Source of the DNA: Opitutia bacterium
Lineage (GTDB): Bacteria; Verrucomicrobiota; Verrucomicrobiia; Opitutales; Opitutaceae
Assembly (NCBI GenBank): GCA_025360615.1
Contig: JANYBX010000415.1
Location: 1 to 52,595, forward strand
Direction of reading: 5' to 3'
Length of the DNA stretch: 52,595 bases
The position numbers were made by a program, and so were the translations under genes. Shown piece by piece: positions 34,650-44,583 of this stretch (position 1 is its first letter; each line of letters starts with the position of its first letter). A model generated the notes under the pieces. It had not been told where the DNA came from and ran no database searches. It was given only the letters and a program-made list of their open reading frames with translations.

Positions 34650-36083
34650 ATGAATCTTCTCTCCAAGCTCACTTTTGCCGCCGGGCTGACCTCGCTGGTG
34701 GTCCCGAGCGTCACGCTCCACGCCCAAGTCCAGCGCGCTGGTAAACTCGCCGAAACCTACGCGCAGCTTTGCGCGAATTGCCACGGTGCGAAAATGGAAG
34801 GCGCCCAGGCCCCGTCGATGCTCGACGAGGTGTGGGCGCACGGCGGCGACGATGAGAGCCTCGCGCGCAGCATCCGCCAGGGTTACCCGGAAAAAGGCAT
34901 GCCCGCGTGGTCCGCCGCGCTCACGGAAAAAGACATTCGCTCGATGGTCATCCTCATTCGCGAGCAGCGCGCCAAGGCTCGGCAGGCGCAGGAGGAAATC
35001 ACCAAACCCGTCGATGCGATCACCGTCAAAAGCCAGCTCCACGGCTACCAGCTCAACACCTGGGTCGACGGTCTCAACGATCCGTGGTCGCTCGCGTTTC
35101 TCCCCGATGGACGCGCCCTCGTGACCGAGAAACGCGGCCAGCTCCTCGTAATCGATCATGGCAAACTCGCCACGACGCCCGTCAGCGGCATTCCCGCCGT
35201 GGATAGCGAGAGCCAGGCCGGCCTCTACGATGTCGTGCCCCATCCCGACTATGCCCACAACGGCTGGCTCTACCTCGCCTACAGCCATCCGCAGAAAAAC
35301 GCCGCCGGCAAGGCCGTGAGTCTCACCCGCATCATCCGCGGCAAACTCACCGATGGCGCGTGGACGGACCAGCAGACCATCTTCGAGGCACCGGTCGCCG
35401 TTTACCCGCCTGCGGGTGGCCCCCATTTCGGTGGCCGCATCGCCTTTGACCGCGCCGGTTATCTTTATTTTTCCATCGGCGAACGCGGCACCATGGAGAA
35501 CGCGCAGAATCTCGCGGTGCCGATGGGGAAAATTCACCGGCTCTTCGACGATGGTCGCATCCCCGACGACAATCCCTTCGCCAAGGACGCCCAGGCCGAC
35601 CGCACGATTTGGAGCTACGGCCACCGCAACCCGCAAGGCCTCGCCGTGCATCCCGTCACCGGCGTGCTCTACGATGCCGAGCACGGCCCGCGCGGCGGCG
35701 ATGAGATCAACCTCATCCGCCCCGGCCGCAACTACGGCTGGCCGATCATCACCTACGGAATGGACTACGACGGCACGCCGATCACGGACATCACCGCGAA
35801 GGAAGGCATGGAGCAGCCGATCAAATACTGGGTGCCCTCGATCGCGCCCTGCGGTGCGAACTTCTACACCGGCGATTTGTTTCCCCAGTGGAAAAACCAT
35901 CTCTTCGTCGCTTCGCTCGCCGCACAAGAGCTGCACCGCTTGGAAATCAAGGACGACAAGGTCCTCGCCGACGAAGTTCTCTTCAAAAATCTCGGCCGCA
36001 TTCGCCACGTGATCACCGGCCCCGACGGCGCCCTCTACGTGCTCCTGCCCCAACGCATCGTCCGCCTCACGCCGGCGGAATAA
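34650..36083 (+). CDS. cytochrome c-fused PQQ-dependent sugar dehydrogenase (soluble aldose/sorbosone dehydrogenase type)
   Basis: Signal peptide. CANCH at 34770-34784 with a downstream GMPAW Met. Then PWSLAFLPDGRALVTEKRGQL..GGRIAFD..YFSIGERG..GKIHRL..YGHRNPQGL..EHGPRGGDEIN..GRNYGWP, typical of the GSDH six-bladed propeller. Confidence 0.9.
   Translation: MNLLSKLTFAAGLTSLVVPSVTLHAQVQRAGKLAETYAQLCANCHGAKMEGAQAPSMLDEVWAHGGDDESLARSIRQGYPEKGMPAWSAALTEKDIRSMVILIREQRAKARQAQEEITKPVDAITVKSQLHGYQLNTWVDGLNDPWSLAFLPDGRALVTEKRGQLLVIDHGKLATTPVSGIPAVDSESQAGLYDVVPHPDYAHNGWLYLAYSHPQKNAAGKAVSLTRIIRGKLTDGAWTDQQTIFEAPVAVYPPAGGPHFGGRIAFDRAGYLYFSIGERGTMENAQNLAVPMGKIHRLFDDGRIPDDNPFAKDAQADRTIWSYGHRNPQGLAVHPVTGVLYDAEHGPRGGDEINLIRPGRNYGWPIITYGMDYDGTPITDITAKEGMEQPIKYWVPSIAPCGANFYTGDLFPQWKNHLFVASLAAQELHRLEIKDDKVLADEVLFKNLGRIRHVITGPDGALYVLLPQRIVRLTPAE
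34770..34784 (+). other. CxxCH heme c attachment motif (CANCH)
   Basis: In-frame tgc gcg aat tgc cac at codons 41-45 of CDS 34650..36083. Confidence 0.75.
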
Positions 36084-36175
36084 GTCGGAACGACGCCGGG
36101 AACCGCGCGCGGATGGTCACGCGTCCGCCGGCCGTTGTGAATCGCACCGCCCGCGCTGCGGGCACACCTCAAAAA

Positions 36176-37609
36176 TCACGGCGCCGGCCGGCCGAAGTGG
36201 CGCTGAAAATCCCCCGCCAGTCCCGCCAGATCGCCCGGCACGGCTCCCGCCGCGCGCGCCCGCACGATCAGCGAAGCGGCTCCGGTCGCATCGCCCTTCA
36301 TGATCCGGTAGCGCGCCGCCATCACGAGAAAGGGCGGAAACTCCGGCTGCTGCGCGAGCGATTCCTCCAGCACCGCGGCCGCCTCGCGTTCGCGGTTCAG
36401 GCGAAAATACGTCGAGACCAGATCGCGCGCGGCGAGCGGCTTTTCCGGGCTGAGCCGGCGCGCCGCTTCGAGGTGCGGCACGGCTTCCTCGGGGCGCCGC
36501 GTCGCGAGGAGCGCGAGCGCATACTCGTAGTGCAGGCCCGCATCCTCAGGACAAAGCGCCAGCCCGCTTTCCAAACTGCGCAAACCGGCGGGCAGATCGT
36601 TCGCCGCGCGGTAGACGCTGATCAGGTCGAGATAAGCGGCCGGGTTGCGCGGTTCGAGCGCCACGGCCCGCTCGAGCAGCTCGCGCGCCCGTGGAAATTC
36701 GCCCAGGCCGAGGAACACTTTGCCGAGCTGGCGGTGCGTGCCGGCGTTGTCCGGCGCGAGTGACAGCGCCCGCTCAAGTGGCGGCAGCGCCTCGCGCCAC
36801 CGCCGACTCGCGGTGCTGCCGGCGGCGATGACCTGCAGCCGGTAAACATCGTAACAAAACCCGTTGAGCGCATCCGTCCACGGATCGGGCGCCTCGCGGA
36901 AACGCCCGCCCGCCGTCGCGCTCGCGCGCTCGGCCTTCGCGGCCTCCTCATGGCCGAGACGCTCCTCCACGGTCGCGAGCAGGCTGTGCGCGGCGGAAAA
37001 TTTTTCGTCCGTCGCGATGGCCTTTTGCAGTGCCTCGCGCGCGTCAGCCAGGTGGCCCGCGCCGAGCGCGAGGCGAGCGAGCCCGAGTTGCGCGTGGGGA
37101 TTTCTCGGCGTGATCGCCAGCAGGGCGCGATACGCGGCGACCGCTTCATCGGGCTGGTTGAGCTTCACGAGCGCATCGGCCAAATGCAGGCGGGCGGGCG
37201 AATAACCGGGCGCGAGTTCCACGGTTTTCCTCAACTGCGGCAGCGCCTCGTCGAGGCGGCCGTAGCTGGCGAGCAGCGCGGCGAGCAAGTGCGGCCAGCG
37301 CGGCTCATCGGGATCGAGGGCGAGCAACGCGCGGTAGGCGTGCTCGGCTTCGGCCAAGAACCCGTTCGCGTGGTAGAGCCGCGCGAGTTCGCCGAGCGCC
37401 ACCGGATCGCGGTCCACGCGCGCTTCCGCGGCGGCGACGCGCCCGCGAAACGGTTCCGGCCACGCGGCCAGATCGGGCCGCGCCGGTCGCGCGGCGAACC
37501 ATGCCGCGCGCGCCTGCTCCGCCCGCCATCGCGCCTGAACAATGAACACGAGCGCGCCGAGCACGACGCCGACCAGTGCAAACACCAAGGACGGGCGGAC
37601 GCGTTTCAT
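36176..37609 (-). CDS. membrane-anchored TPR-repeat protein
   Basis: ATG 37609. TM helix SLVFALVGVVLGALVFIV. At least 8 TPR-like units (AEHAYRALLALDPDEP.., AVAAYRALLAITPRNP.., ARELLERAVALEPRNP.., and others). Confidence 0.8.
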   Translation of the reverse strand: MKRVRPSLVFALVGVVLGALVFIVQARWRAEQARAAWFAARPARPDLAAWPEPFRGRVAAAEARVDRDPVALGELARLYHANGFLAEAEHAYRALLALDPDEPRWPHLLAALLASYGRLDEALPQLRKTVELAPGYSPARLHLADALVKLNQPDEAVAAYRALLAITPRNPHAQLGLARLALGAGHLADAREALQKAIATDEKFSAAHSLLATVEERLGHEEAAKAERASATAGGRFREAPDPWTDALNGFCYDVYRLQVIAAGSTASRRWREALPPLERALSLAPDNAGTHRQLGKVFLGLGEFPRARELLERAVALEPRNPAAYLDLISVYRAANDLPAGLRSLESGLALCPEDAGLHYEYALALLATRRPEEAVPHLEAARRLSPEKPLAARDLVSTYFRLNREREAAAVLEESLAQQPEFPPFLVMAARYRIMKGDATGAASLIVRARAAGAVPGDLAGLAGDFQRHFGRPAP

Positions 37610-38940
37610 TTTTTTCCGGTGTCAGGTGCGGCGGCGGCTCGACGCCACACGCTCACGCGGCTCATGCGGTCCCACGGGCCGTAGGCGTGAAAGCCGCCGG
37701 TGATGAGCACGGGCCGGCCCGAGCCGTCGAGATCGCCGGCCGCGAGCGTCATCAGGTGCGTCGGCGCGTGCGCGAGGAGGTGCGGCGAGAAGTTCATCCG
37801 ACCGTCGTTCTGAAACACCATGAGCGAGGCCGACTGCGGATTTTTCCAGTCGTTGAAACCGCTCACCGCGACCACGTCGATCGCGCCGTCGCCATCGAGA
37901 TCGACGCCGACCGGGCTGTAGGCGCCGGGCAGATTGCCGATGCGATGGTATTTGAAAAAACCGTGGCCGAGATTCTCCAGCCACTGCACGCCGTGCCACG
38001 GTCGCGCACCGGGCTCGGCGTAGTCGAAGCCATCGCCGTTCGTGTAGAGAATGTCGGGCCGGCCGTCGCGATTCAGGTCGCACAGGCTGATGCCGCTGCT
38101 GCCAAAATCCTCATTCGTGGAGCCGTAGATCACCTTGTCGGTGAAGTTGCCGGAGCCGTCGTTCTGGAAGAGATGAATTTCCTCCCATTGCTGCGCGACG
38201 ACGGCGGCGATGTCGGGCGCGCCATCGCCGTTGAAGTCGGCGATGAGGACGTTGATCGCGCCCGAGAGGTTGAGGAGGTTGTGGCTGCGAAACTGCCAGT
38301 CCCCGAGGTTTTCCATCCAGCGAATCTCGCCCTGATCGTAGCCGAAGAGCGCGACCGCGAGATCGGGTTTTCCGTCGCGGTTGAAATCTCCCGCCCGCAC
38401 GTCCGTCACGCGCGCGACATGGTCGGCGATGATGTGCTTCGTGAAATGCTGGTGCCCGTCGTTTTCGAGGATGATGACGGAGCCGAGCTTTTCGTTGGTG
38501 GGGAAAACCTGGCCCATGCTCGCGACGAGCAGGTCGAGATCGCCGTCGCCGTCGATGTCCACCGCCTCGACATGGACGGGGCCGGCGATGTCGGCGGCGA
38601 GAATCTGTTCCTCGAATTTTCCCCGCGCGGTCTGCCGCAGCCACACGATCTGGTTTTTCTGCGCTTCGCACGCGAGGATGTCCACGAGTCCGTCGCCGTC
38701 CAGATCGACGGTGGTGACCTGCGCGATCCACGGCCGGCCCTCGACCGGCGCGCCGACGGGCGCGGGGCGGACATAATCGGCGTGGAACACCGATGGCGCC
38801 GGGGCGGATGCAGCGGCGGCCACGGCGACTTCACTGCGGCGGCAGCCCGAAGTCGTCGCCACCAATACCGCACTGGCCAGGCAGCACGCGCGGACAAAAA
38901 CGGGGAGGGGCATCACGGGCGCACGATTCATGGCCGGCAT
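37606..38940 (-). CDS. FG-GAP/VCBS-repeat beta-propeller protein
   Basis: Repeated Ca-binding-like DxDxDG loops: DLDGDGLVDIL, DIDGDGDLDLL, GDFNRDGKPDL, ADFNGDGAPDI, CDLNRDGRPDI, VDLDGDGAIDV, GDLDGSGRPVL. The stop overlaps the start of the downstream TPR gene (ATGA on the minus strand, 37606-37609). Confidence 0.85.
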   Translation of the reverse strand: MPAMNRAPVMPLPVFVRACCLASAVLVATTSGCRRSEVAVAAAASAPAPSVFHADYVRPAPVGAPVEGRPWIAQVTTVDLDGDGLVDILACEAQKNQIVWLRQTARGKFEEQILAADIAGPVHVEAVDIDGDGDLDLLVASMGQVFPTNEKLGSVIILENDGHQHFTKHIIADHVARVTDVRAGDFNRDGKPDLAVALFGYDQGEIRWMENLGDWQFRSHNLLNLSGAINVLIADFNGDGAPDIAAVVAQQWEEIHLFQNDGSGNFTDKVIYGSTNEDFGSSGISLCDLNRDGRPDILYTNGDGFDYAEPGARPWHGVQWLENLGHGFFKYHRIGNLPGAYSPVGVDLDGDGAIDVVAVSGFNDWKNPQSASLMVFQNDGRMNFSPHLLAHAPTHLMTLAAGDLDGSGRPVLITGGFHAYGPWDRMSRVSVWRRAAAAPDTGKK

Positions 38941-39007
38941 TTCTGCGTCAAGCCGCCCGCCGGCCGGAGCGTCGCTTCATTCTAACGGTAGGGCGGAGCG
39001 CGGGCGG

Positions 39008-40684
39008 CTATTTTCGCAGGGGAATGCGCAGTGCCTGCTCCGTATCGCCATGCGCCTCGCGCACGATCAGCCCGATTTCGTTCCTGACCGGCAGCGCCAT
39101 CAGTTTCTCCAAATCCTCCTCGCTCAAGCCGCGGATGCGCACGTTCTGAATCGCCACGAGTTCCATGCCCTCCCTGAGCCCCGCTTGGGCGGCCCGCGTG
39201 TTGGCCCGGACGGTTTCGACCGCGAGGAACGAAAGCGTGGAGACGCCACCGCCCGCATTCGGCAAATAAAAGAGCCGCAGCTCCACGCTCGCGAGCGCCG
39301 CCGACACCCGCATCGGCGGCAGGAGCGTCGCGGTTTCGGGCGCAGGGGCACGAAGCTTCCCGAGCACGGCTTGAAACCGCGCGGTGGCGCGCAGCTTCGC
39401 GAAAGCGGGCTCCGTCTCGACCCGCGCGGTGTCGCCGAATCCCGCCACGATGGCCTGCTCCAGAGCGTCGAGCGCGCGCGACCTCTCGCCGTTCAGGGCC
39501 CGAGCGCGCGCAAGGTCGAACCAGTTTCCTTTTTGGTCCGGCCGCAGCGCGGCGGCCATTTCCATAAACCCGGCGGCCTGGTCATAATTTTCCTGGTCGA
39601 ACAACCCCTTCAAGGTCTCCCGCGTCATCGAGGAAAAACTCGCGATCACGCGGCGCACCATGCGGCGCTCGGGGGAATCCCCGGGCCCATCCGCTTTCGC
39701 CCGCAGCTCCGCCGCGCGTTTTTGTTTTCGCGCCGTGCTCTCCAGCGCGGCGTTGCCCAGGTCGCTCAACAGCTCTTCCTCGCGAGCGAAGAGCGCCCGC
39801 TCCGCCTTCAATTCGGCCTTCACCTCGCGCGACGCGCCGAGTTCCTGCGCGTTTTTCGCCCACTGAGCCGTGTCCGCGAGGCTCTCGAAATCGGCGATGA
39901 GCGACTTCAGCGCCCTCCATCGCTCCAATCCCGGCGGCGCCGGCACCGCCGCCAGCCGCGCGTGGAATTGCGCGCGCACAAACTCGTCGTCCCTCGGTCG
40001 CGTGCCGGCGCGCATCGCCTGCAATTCCAGCCACTCGACCGCTTCCGTGAACAGCGCCGCCGGGGCCCACTCGTGGCCGCCGTTGAAAACGACGATTCGA
40101 TGCACGGCCTTGCGCTCCTCCAGTTCGCCGTCGAGCCGGCGCATTTCCCCATGGTTGAAATCCTCGGTGCCGGTGGTGCCGAAGAAAACAAACGCGATCG
40201 GTAGCGGGATCCCCTCCGGCAGCACGGGAAATCCGGCGGCGCACGCGATCACGCCCTTCGCCACCCCCGACAGCGCGATCGCTGTCGCCAGCCGCGCACC
40301 GCCCGATACGCCGGTCGTGTAAACCCGCCGGGCATCGACGGAAAAATGCGAGCTGACATCCTTCATCATCGCCTGCACCGCCACGGCGTTCTCCGCGTAG
40401 GGCCCGTTGCGCGAGTTGAGCGAGCCCGCGACGAGGTAGCCGTATTTCTCGGCGGCCGCCTGCAACCGCTCGACCGGCATCCGGCCACGCGCGCTCGCGT
40501 CGAAGCAGAAAATCACCGGCCACTTTTTCCCGCTCGTGTAACTCGAAGGCACGTAGAGCGCGTAGCGCTGCGACGGCTCGGCCTCGCACGCGACCGGGTC
40601 GAGCACGCGTCCAAAAAGTTCCGCGCGGTCGCTCGCGGAAAATGGGAGCGCGACGGCGAAAGCGATTCCGAGAAAAGCACGCAT
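39008..40684 (-). CDS. secreted alpha/beta hydrolase (esterase/depolymerase-like) fused to a helical TPR-like region and a C-terminal PDZ domain
   Basis: Start reset to ATG 40684 (MRAFLGIAFAVALPFSA). YALYVPSSY..WPVIFCFDAS..TTGVSGGARLA nucleophile elbow. The C-terminal GLREGMELVAIQNVRIRGLSEEDLEKLM is PDZ-like. Confidence 0.8.
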   Translation of the reverse strand: MRAFLGIAFAVALPFSASDRAELFGRVLDPVACEAEPSQRYALYVPSSYTSGKKWPVIFCFDASARGRMPVERLQAAAEKYGYLVAGSLNSRNGPYAENAVAVQAMMKDVSSHFSVDARRVYTTGVSGGARLATAIALSGVAKGVIACAAGFPVLPEGIPLPIAFVFFGTTGTEDFNHGEMRRLDGELEERKAVHRIVVFNGGHEWAPAALFTEAVEWLELQAMRAGTRPRDDEFVRAQFHARLAAVPAPPGLERWRALKSLIADFESLADTAQWAKNAQELGASREVKAELKAERALFAREEELLSDLGNAALESTARKQKRAAELRAKADGPGDSPERRMVRRVIASFSSMTRETLKGLFDQENYDQAAGFMEMAAALRPDQKGNWFDLARARALNGERSRALDALEQAIVAGFGDTARVETEPAFAKLRATARFQAVLGKLRAPAPETATLLPPMRVSAALASVELRLFYLPNAGGGVSTLSFLAVETVRANTRAAQAGLREGMELVAIQNVRIRGLSEEDLEKLMALPVRNEIGLIVREAHGDTEQALRIPLRK

Positions 40685-40749
40685 GGGCAACGGTGATGGC
40701 TGCACCTTCTGTTAACACCCCGCAGCGGAAAATCCCTTCACCCCGGCGC

Positions 40750-41457
40750 TCAAAGTTCGCCCGGGGCGACCGCGAGCAGGCGCGATTGCTCGCAGCGCTT
40801 CCGCGATTTTTCGACGCCGAGCGCGTCCACCCCGAGGGCGTTGGCGACGGCGAGTACCGTGCCCACGCCGCAGAACGGATCGAAGACCGTCCTTGCCCGC
40901 GCGTGGTCGAGCGCAAACCGCACCGCGTGGGCCGCCGCGCGCACGCCCATGGCGCGCACCCACGGCTGGCGACCGGCATCCGCGACGATGTCGGGAATCG
41001 GCAGTGCGTCCGGGCATTTCATCGCGCGCGAGACCGCGATGAGGTGCGTGTAGCCGGGCCGGCCCATCGTCAGCAGGCCGGGGGGCCGGCGACAGACGAT
41101 CTTGTGAAAAAGCACGTGCGCGCCCGCGTCCTCCGCCGCGCGGATCACGAGCGCCCCCTTGTCGATCCAGCGGCCGTCGCGCTTGATATCCGACTGGAAG
41201 AAAAGCGCCGCACTCTCGTCCGGCACGGCTTCGACGACGAGGCGCACGGCGTCGAGAAACCACGCGCGCCACACGGGCAGCGTGAGGCCGACTTCGGAGA
41301 CATCGGGCAACGACGTCACCGCACACGCGCCTGCGATCCGGCCGCGCGCCTGCATCCACGGGATCGCGTCCGCGCAATGCACCTCCCGTCCGGGCGCGGC
41401 CCGCGTCGCCAAAGCCGGGTGGTCGTTCATGTCGGGCGCGGGAGGTGGGGAGTTCAT
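40750..41457 (-). CDS. putative SAM-dependent methyltransferase with N4/N6-MTase-like layout but a non-canonical motif IV
   Basis: Start set to ATG 41457 (alternative 41430). C-terminal motif-I-like VFDPFCGVGTVLAVANALGVDALGVE. At the position where beta-class amino-MTases carry (D/S/N)PPY, this protein has VTSLPDV. The upstream part of track ORF 40750..41919 is antisense to a + strand gene and is rejected. Confidence 0.55.
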   Translation of the reverse strand: MNSPPPAPDMNDHPALATRAAPGREVHCADAIPWMQARGRIAGACAVTSLPDVSEVGLTLPVWRAWFLDAVRLVVEAVPDESAALFFQSDIKRDGRWIDKGALVIRAAEDAGAHVLFHKIVCRRPPGLLTMGRPGYTHLIAVSRAMKCPDALPIPDIVADAGRQPWVRAMGVRAAAHAVRFALDHARARTVFDPFCGVGTVLAVANALGVDALGVEKSRKRCEQSRLLAVAPGEL

Positions 41458-41607
41458 CGAACTGGGCGGGGGCACCGCACCGCCCGCCAGCGTTCTTCTC
41501 GCCACCGGCACGGCAAGATTGATCGCGCCGCGCCGCGCCATTGACGAGCCGGCACGCCCCTGCCGCACTGGGTGAGCCGCGGGGAAATTCCCTCGCCCCC
41601 CTTTTTT

Positions 41608-41985
41608 GTGAAATCGAAAGCCGCGTTCGAAGTGAAAGTTGATGCCACGCGCAATCTCGTGCATTCGCGCTACTCGGGAAACGTCACCGCCGCCGACATG
41701 ACGGCAGGTGTGCAGCAAATCGAAGCCCTCCTGCCACAACTCCGGGCGGGCTTCACCGTGCTGGCGGATCTGAGTGAACTGGTCGCCATGGATCTCGATT
41801 GCGGGCCGCAGATCGCGAAAATCATGGACCTCTGCCAAGCCCATGGCGTGGGCATGGTGGTGCGCGTGGTTCCCGATCCAAAAAAAGACATCGGCCTGAA
41901 GATCCTCTCGCTCGTCCATTACCGGGACAAAGTGAAGATCGTCACCTGCGACACTCTGGCCGCAGCGGAAAAGATTTTGGATTAA
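41608..41985 (+). CDS. small STAS-like (anti-sigma-antagonist-fold) protein, function unknown
   Basis: In-frame GTG at 41608 gives (M)KSKAAFEVKVDATRNLVHSRYSGNVTAADMTAG..FTVLADLSEL..; the layout resembles STAS_2-type domains. The track start (GTG 41572) is also possible. Confidence 0.5.
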   Translation: MKSKAAFEVKVDATRNLVHSRYSGNVTAADMTAGVQQIEALLPQLRAGFTVLADLSELVAMDLDCGPQIAKIMDLCQAHGVGMVVRVVPDPKKDIGLKILSLVHYRDKVKIVTCDTLAAAEKILD

Positions 41986-41994
41986 ACAACCCCC

Positions 41995-42369
41995 TTACGG
42001 CACCTGAAGCTGATCGATGTTGGCGAGATCCAGGCCGGTGGATTGGAGCTGGATCGTGTTGCCGGTGCCGCTGTTCAAATTGACGGTGACCGAGGTGTCG
42101 ACCCACGTCGTCCATGCGCCAGTGGAGGCGAACGTGATGGGCTGCGAGGAGCCGTTGATGACGAGGGCACCCGTGCGCGCCGCGGTGCTGCCGTTGGCCA
42201 CGCGGAACGCGATGGTCTTCGACCCGCCCGTGCCGCCCGTCACGCTGTTGAAAGTGAGCGTGCCGCCGGTGGTCGGGAAGTTCACGTAACCCGACCCGTT
42301 GAAGCCGGTGTTCGTGCTTTCCAAGGCGCAGCCGCCGCCGAGCGCCGCCGATTCGGCCTGGTAGGTGAC
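41995..42369 (-). repeat. CBM6/35-like module coding repeat, copy A
   Basis: Nucleotide-level similarity to 44209-44583, with long identical runs: ctggagctggatcgtgtt, ccacgtcgtcca, ggctgcgaggagccgttgatgacga, gccgccggtggtcgggaagttcacgta, gattcggcctg. Confidence 0.8.
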
Positions 42370-44190
42370 GCCGCCGCCGGTGACGACTTCGGTGAGCTCG
42401 GCCACGAATCCTCCGTTCGCCGCGAGACTGACGGAGAGCGAGCTGGCCGAGGTGACGGTGCTTTGCTGGAAGGAGGTCGAGCTATCGTTGATCATTTTTG
42501 CCGTGTAGGTTTTGCCCGCCGGTAGAAAAGAAAAGTCGAGTGTCACCGTGCGGGCCGTGGCGTTGTTCATCACGCCGACGAACCACTTCGTCCCTTTGCG
42601 CCGGGCGAGACTCGCGACCTGGCCGATGCTGCTTTGCGGGAGCACGACGGTTTCGTCCCATGTTGCGGCGATGTTGCGGACGAGGCTCGCGAAGGGATGG
42701 TTCACCATTGTCGTCGGGTCTTCCGAGAAGACGAGGAGCGCGGAGGTGATGCAGATGGCGCTGGCGATTTCGTTGGCGACGGTGCCGTGGTTTTGCCAGG
42801 TGCCGTCGAGATCCATCGGCGTGTAGTCCGTCGAGCCGGCGAGCCCGCGCGTGAAGGGGATCATCACGCTGTGGCCCGCGCCGGGGCGGCCTTCTTTTCC
42901 GCGCACGGCTTCCCGCGTCATCTCGTTCGGAAAGGTGCGCGCTTCGCCGGTGGGTTTGCCGACGCCGTGGAAATTAATCATGAGCTGGAAATCCACGGCG
43001 TCGCGCAGCGCGGCCTGCTCGAAATCGACGCGGGCCTTCGTCTCCGCGTCCATGAAGTCGATCTTGATGCCGACGACGCCGGCGTTTTTGCAGTCGGAGA
43101 AAAACGTGCGGCGCGTCGCCTGGTTGGTGATGTCGCTGTAGTTGGTCCAGACCCACGTCTGCACCGCGGGATTGAGCGCGTTGGCGAACGAGCACAGGTC
43201 GGCGAGCTGGGTGAACTTGTTGCTCCAATCCTTCCAGCCGTCGTCAACGATGTTGTTTTCGAGGCCGAGCTGGCTGGCGCGGCTGGAGTAGGTTTTCATG
43301 TTCGCGAGGGTGATGCTACGCGTCGCGTTCAGCCACGACCAGGTGGAGCGACCAGACTTGATCCACGAGGTGGCGATGCCGTTCGGGAACAGTGCGGGGT
43401 CGGGCGCGGCCGCCACGCAGGCCGGGATGTCGCAATTCACGAGCGCGTCGAGATCGCCGATCATGATGACGCGCCAGGGCGTCTGAATCGCGCCAGAGAG
43501 CGTGAATGATGCGTCGGCGAGCACGGCCTTGAAGGTGCGCGCGATGCTGCACTGAAGGTGCATCCCGCTGTAGTTCACGAGCGCCCCTTCGGTGATCGCC
43601 GCGTAGCCGAGGCTGCCGGGGAGCTTGATCGTCATCGGCGGACCGGAGACCGCGCCCACGGCAACGGTGGAAATATCCTTCGTGCTGTAGCTGCCCTCGT
43701 ATTTGTCGAACGCAGGCTGATACCAGACCGTGCTCCCCGTCGGAATCGTGAAAGCGGTCGCCTCGCCGTTGATCGTGCGCGAACCCGAGCCGGCGATCAG
43801 ATACGAGAACGCCACGCCATCGTCGAACACACGCACGTCGAACGTGTAGGTCGTGCCGCCGGAGTGGGTCACCGGGTAGCGGCGGCCGTTGTAGTGGTTG
43901 ATGGCGGTCGCATGCGTGCCACGCCACGGGAAGGACGTGTTCGCGCTGTAGGTGGTGGTCGTCCCGACGGTGACGCCTTGCCCGAGATCGACGCTGTTTA
44001 CGGTCGTGCCGAGCGGCGATGCCTCGATCGCGGGACTGCCTTTGTAGTTCACCGAGTAGGTGAGGCGACCGCTGATGACCGAAACGTTGACTTGGATATT
44101 GTTGTCGGGGCTGGAGACGGACTGGGCGCGCGCGAGCGGCAGACCCGCGAGCAGCGCGGCGGCAATGGATGAGAGTGCGGTGAATTTCAT
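41995..44190 (-). CDS. glycoside hydrolase family 97 with C-terminal CBM6/CBM35-like module
   Basis: Signal peptide MKFTALSSIAAALLAGLPLARA. GH97 core (TPWRVIMIG..VVGIKIDFMDAETKARVDF..LMINFHGVGKPTGEARTFPNEMTREAVRGKEG). The last 124 aa are a CBM module (YQAESAALGGG..GFNGSGYVNFPTTGG..NIDQLQVP). Confidence 0.85.
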   Translation of the reverse strand: MKFTALSSIAAALLAGLPLARAQSVSSPDNNIQVNVSVISGRLTYSVNYKGSPAIEASPLGTTVNSVDLGQGVTVGTTTTYSANTSFPWRGTHATAINHYNGRRYPVTHSGGTTYTFDVRVFDDGVAFSYLIAGSGSRTINGEATAFTIPTGSTVWYQPAFDKYEGSYSTKDISTVAVGAVSGPPMTIKLPGSLGYAAITEGALVNYSGMHLQCSIARTFKAVLADASFTLSGAIQTPWRVIMIGDLDALVNCDIPACVAAAPDPALFPNGIATSWIKSGRSTWSWLNATRSITLANMKTYSSRASQLGLENNIVDDGWKDWSNKFTQLADLCSFANALNPAVQTWVWTNYSDITNQATRRTFFSDCKNAGVVGIKIDFMDAETKARVDFEQAALRDAVDFQLMINFHGVGKPTGEARTFPNEMTREAVRGKEGRPGAGHSVMIPFTRGLAGSTDYTPMDLDGTWQNHGTVANEIASAICITSALLVFSEDPTTMVNHPFASLVRNIAATWDETVVLPQSSIGQVASLARRKGTKWFVGVMNNATARTVTLDFSFLPAGKTYTAKMINDSSTSFQQSTVTSASSLSVSLAANGGFVAELTEVVTGGGVTYQAESAALGGGCALESTNTGFNGSGYVNFPTTGGTLTFNSVTGGTGGSKTIAFRVANGSTAARTGALVINGSSQPITFASTGAWTTWVDTSVTVNLNSGTGNTIQLQSTGLDLANIDQLQVP

Positions 44191-44208
44191 GGCGAGGGGG
44201 CTCCGTGT

Positions 44209-44583
44209 TTACTGCACCGTGAGCTGGTCGATGTTCCCCAAGTCCTGGCCGTTCGACTGGAGCTGGATCGTGTTCGTCGCACCGCTGGTCAAGGTGGTGG
44301 TGACCGTCGCGTTGCTCCACGTCGTCCACGCGCCGGTGGTGCCAAACGTGATCGGCTGCGAGGAGCCGTTGATGACGACGGCGCCGGTGCGAGCAGCCGC
44401 GCTCCCGTTCGCGAAACGGAACGTCAGGGTCTTCGCGCCGCCCGCGCCGCCGTTCACGCTGTTGAAGGTCGCCAAGCCGCCGGTGGTCGGGAAGTTCACG
44501 TAGCCGGTGCCGTTGAATCCAGCATTTGTGTTTTCTAACGCCGCGCCGCCGCCGAGCACGGCGGATTCGGCCTGAAGAATCGC
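44209..44583 (-). repeat. CBM6/35-like module coding repeat, copy B
   Basis: See copy A. A third, more diverged copy lies at 214-588 on the + strand. Confidence 0.8.
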
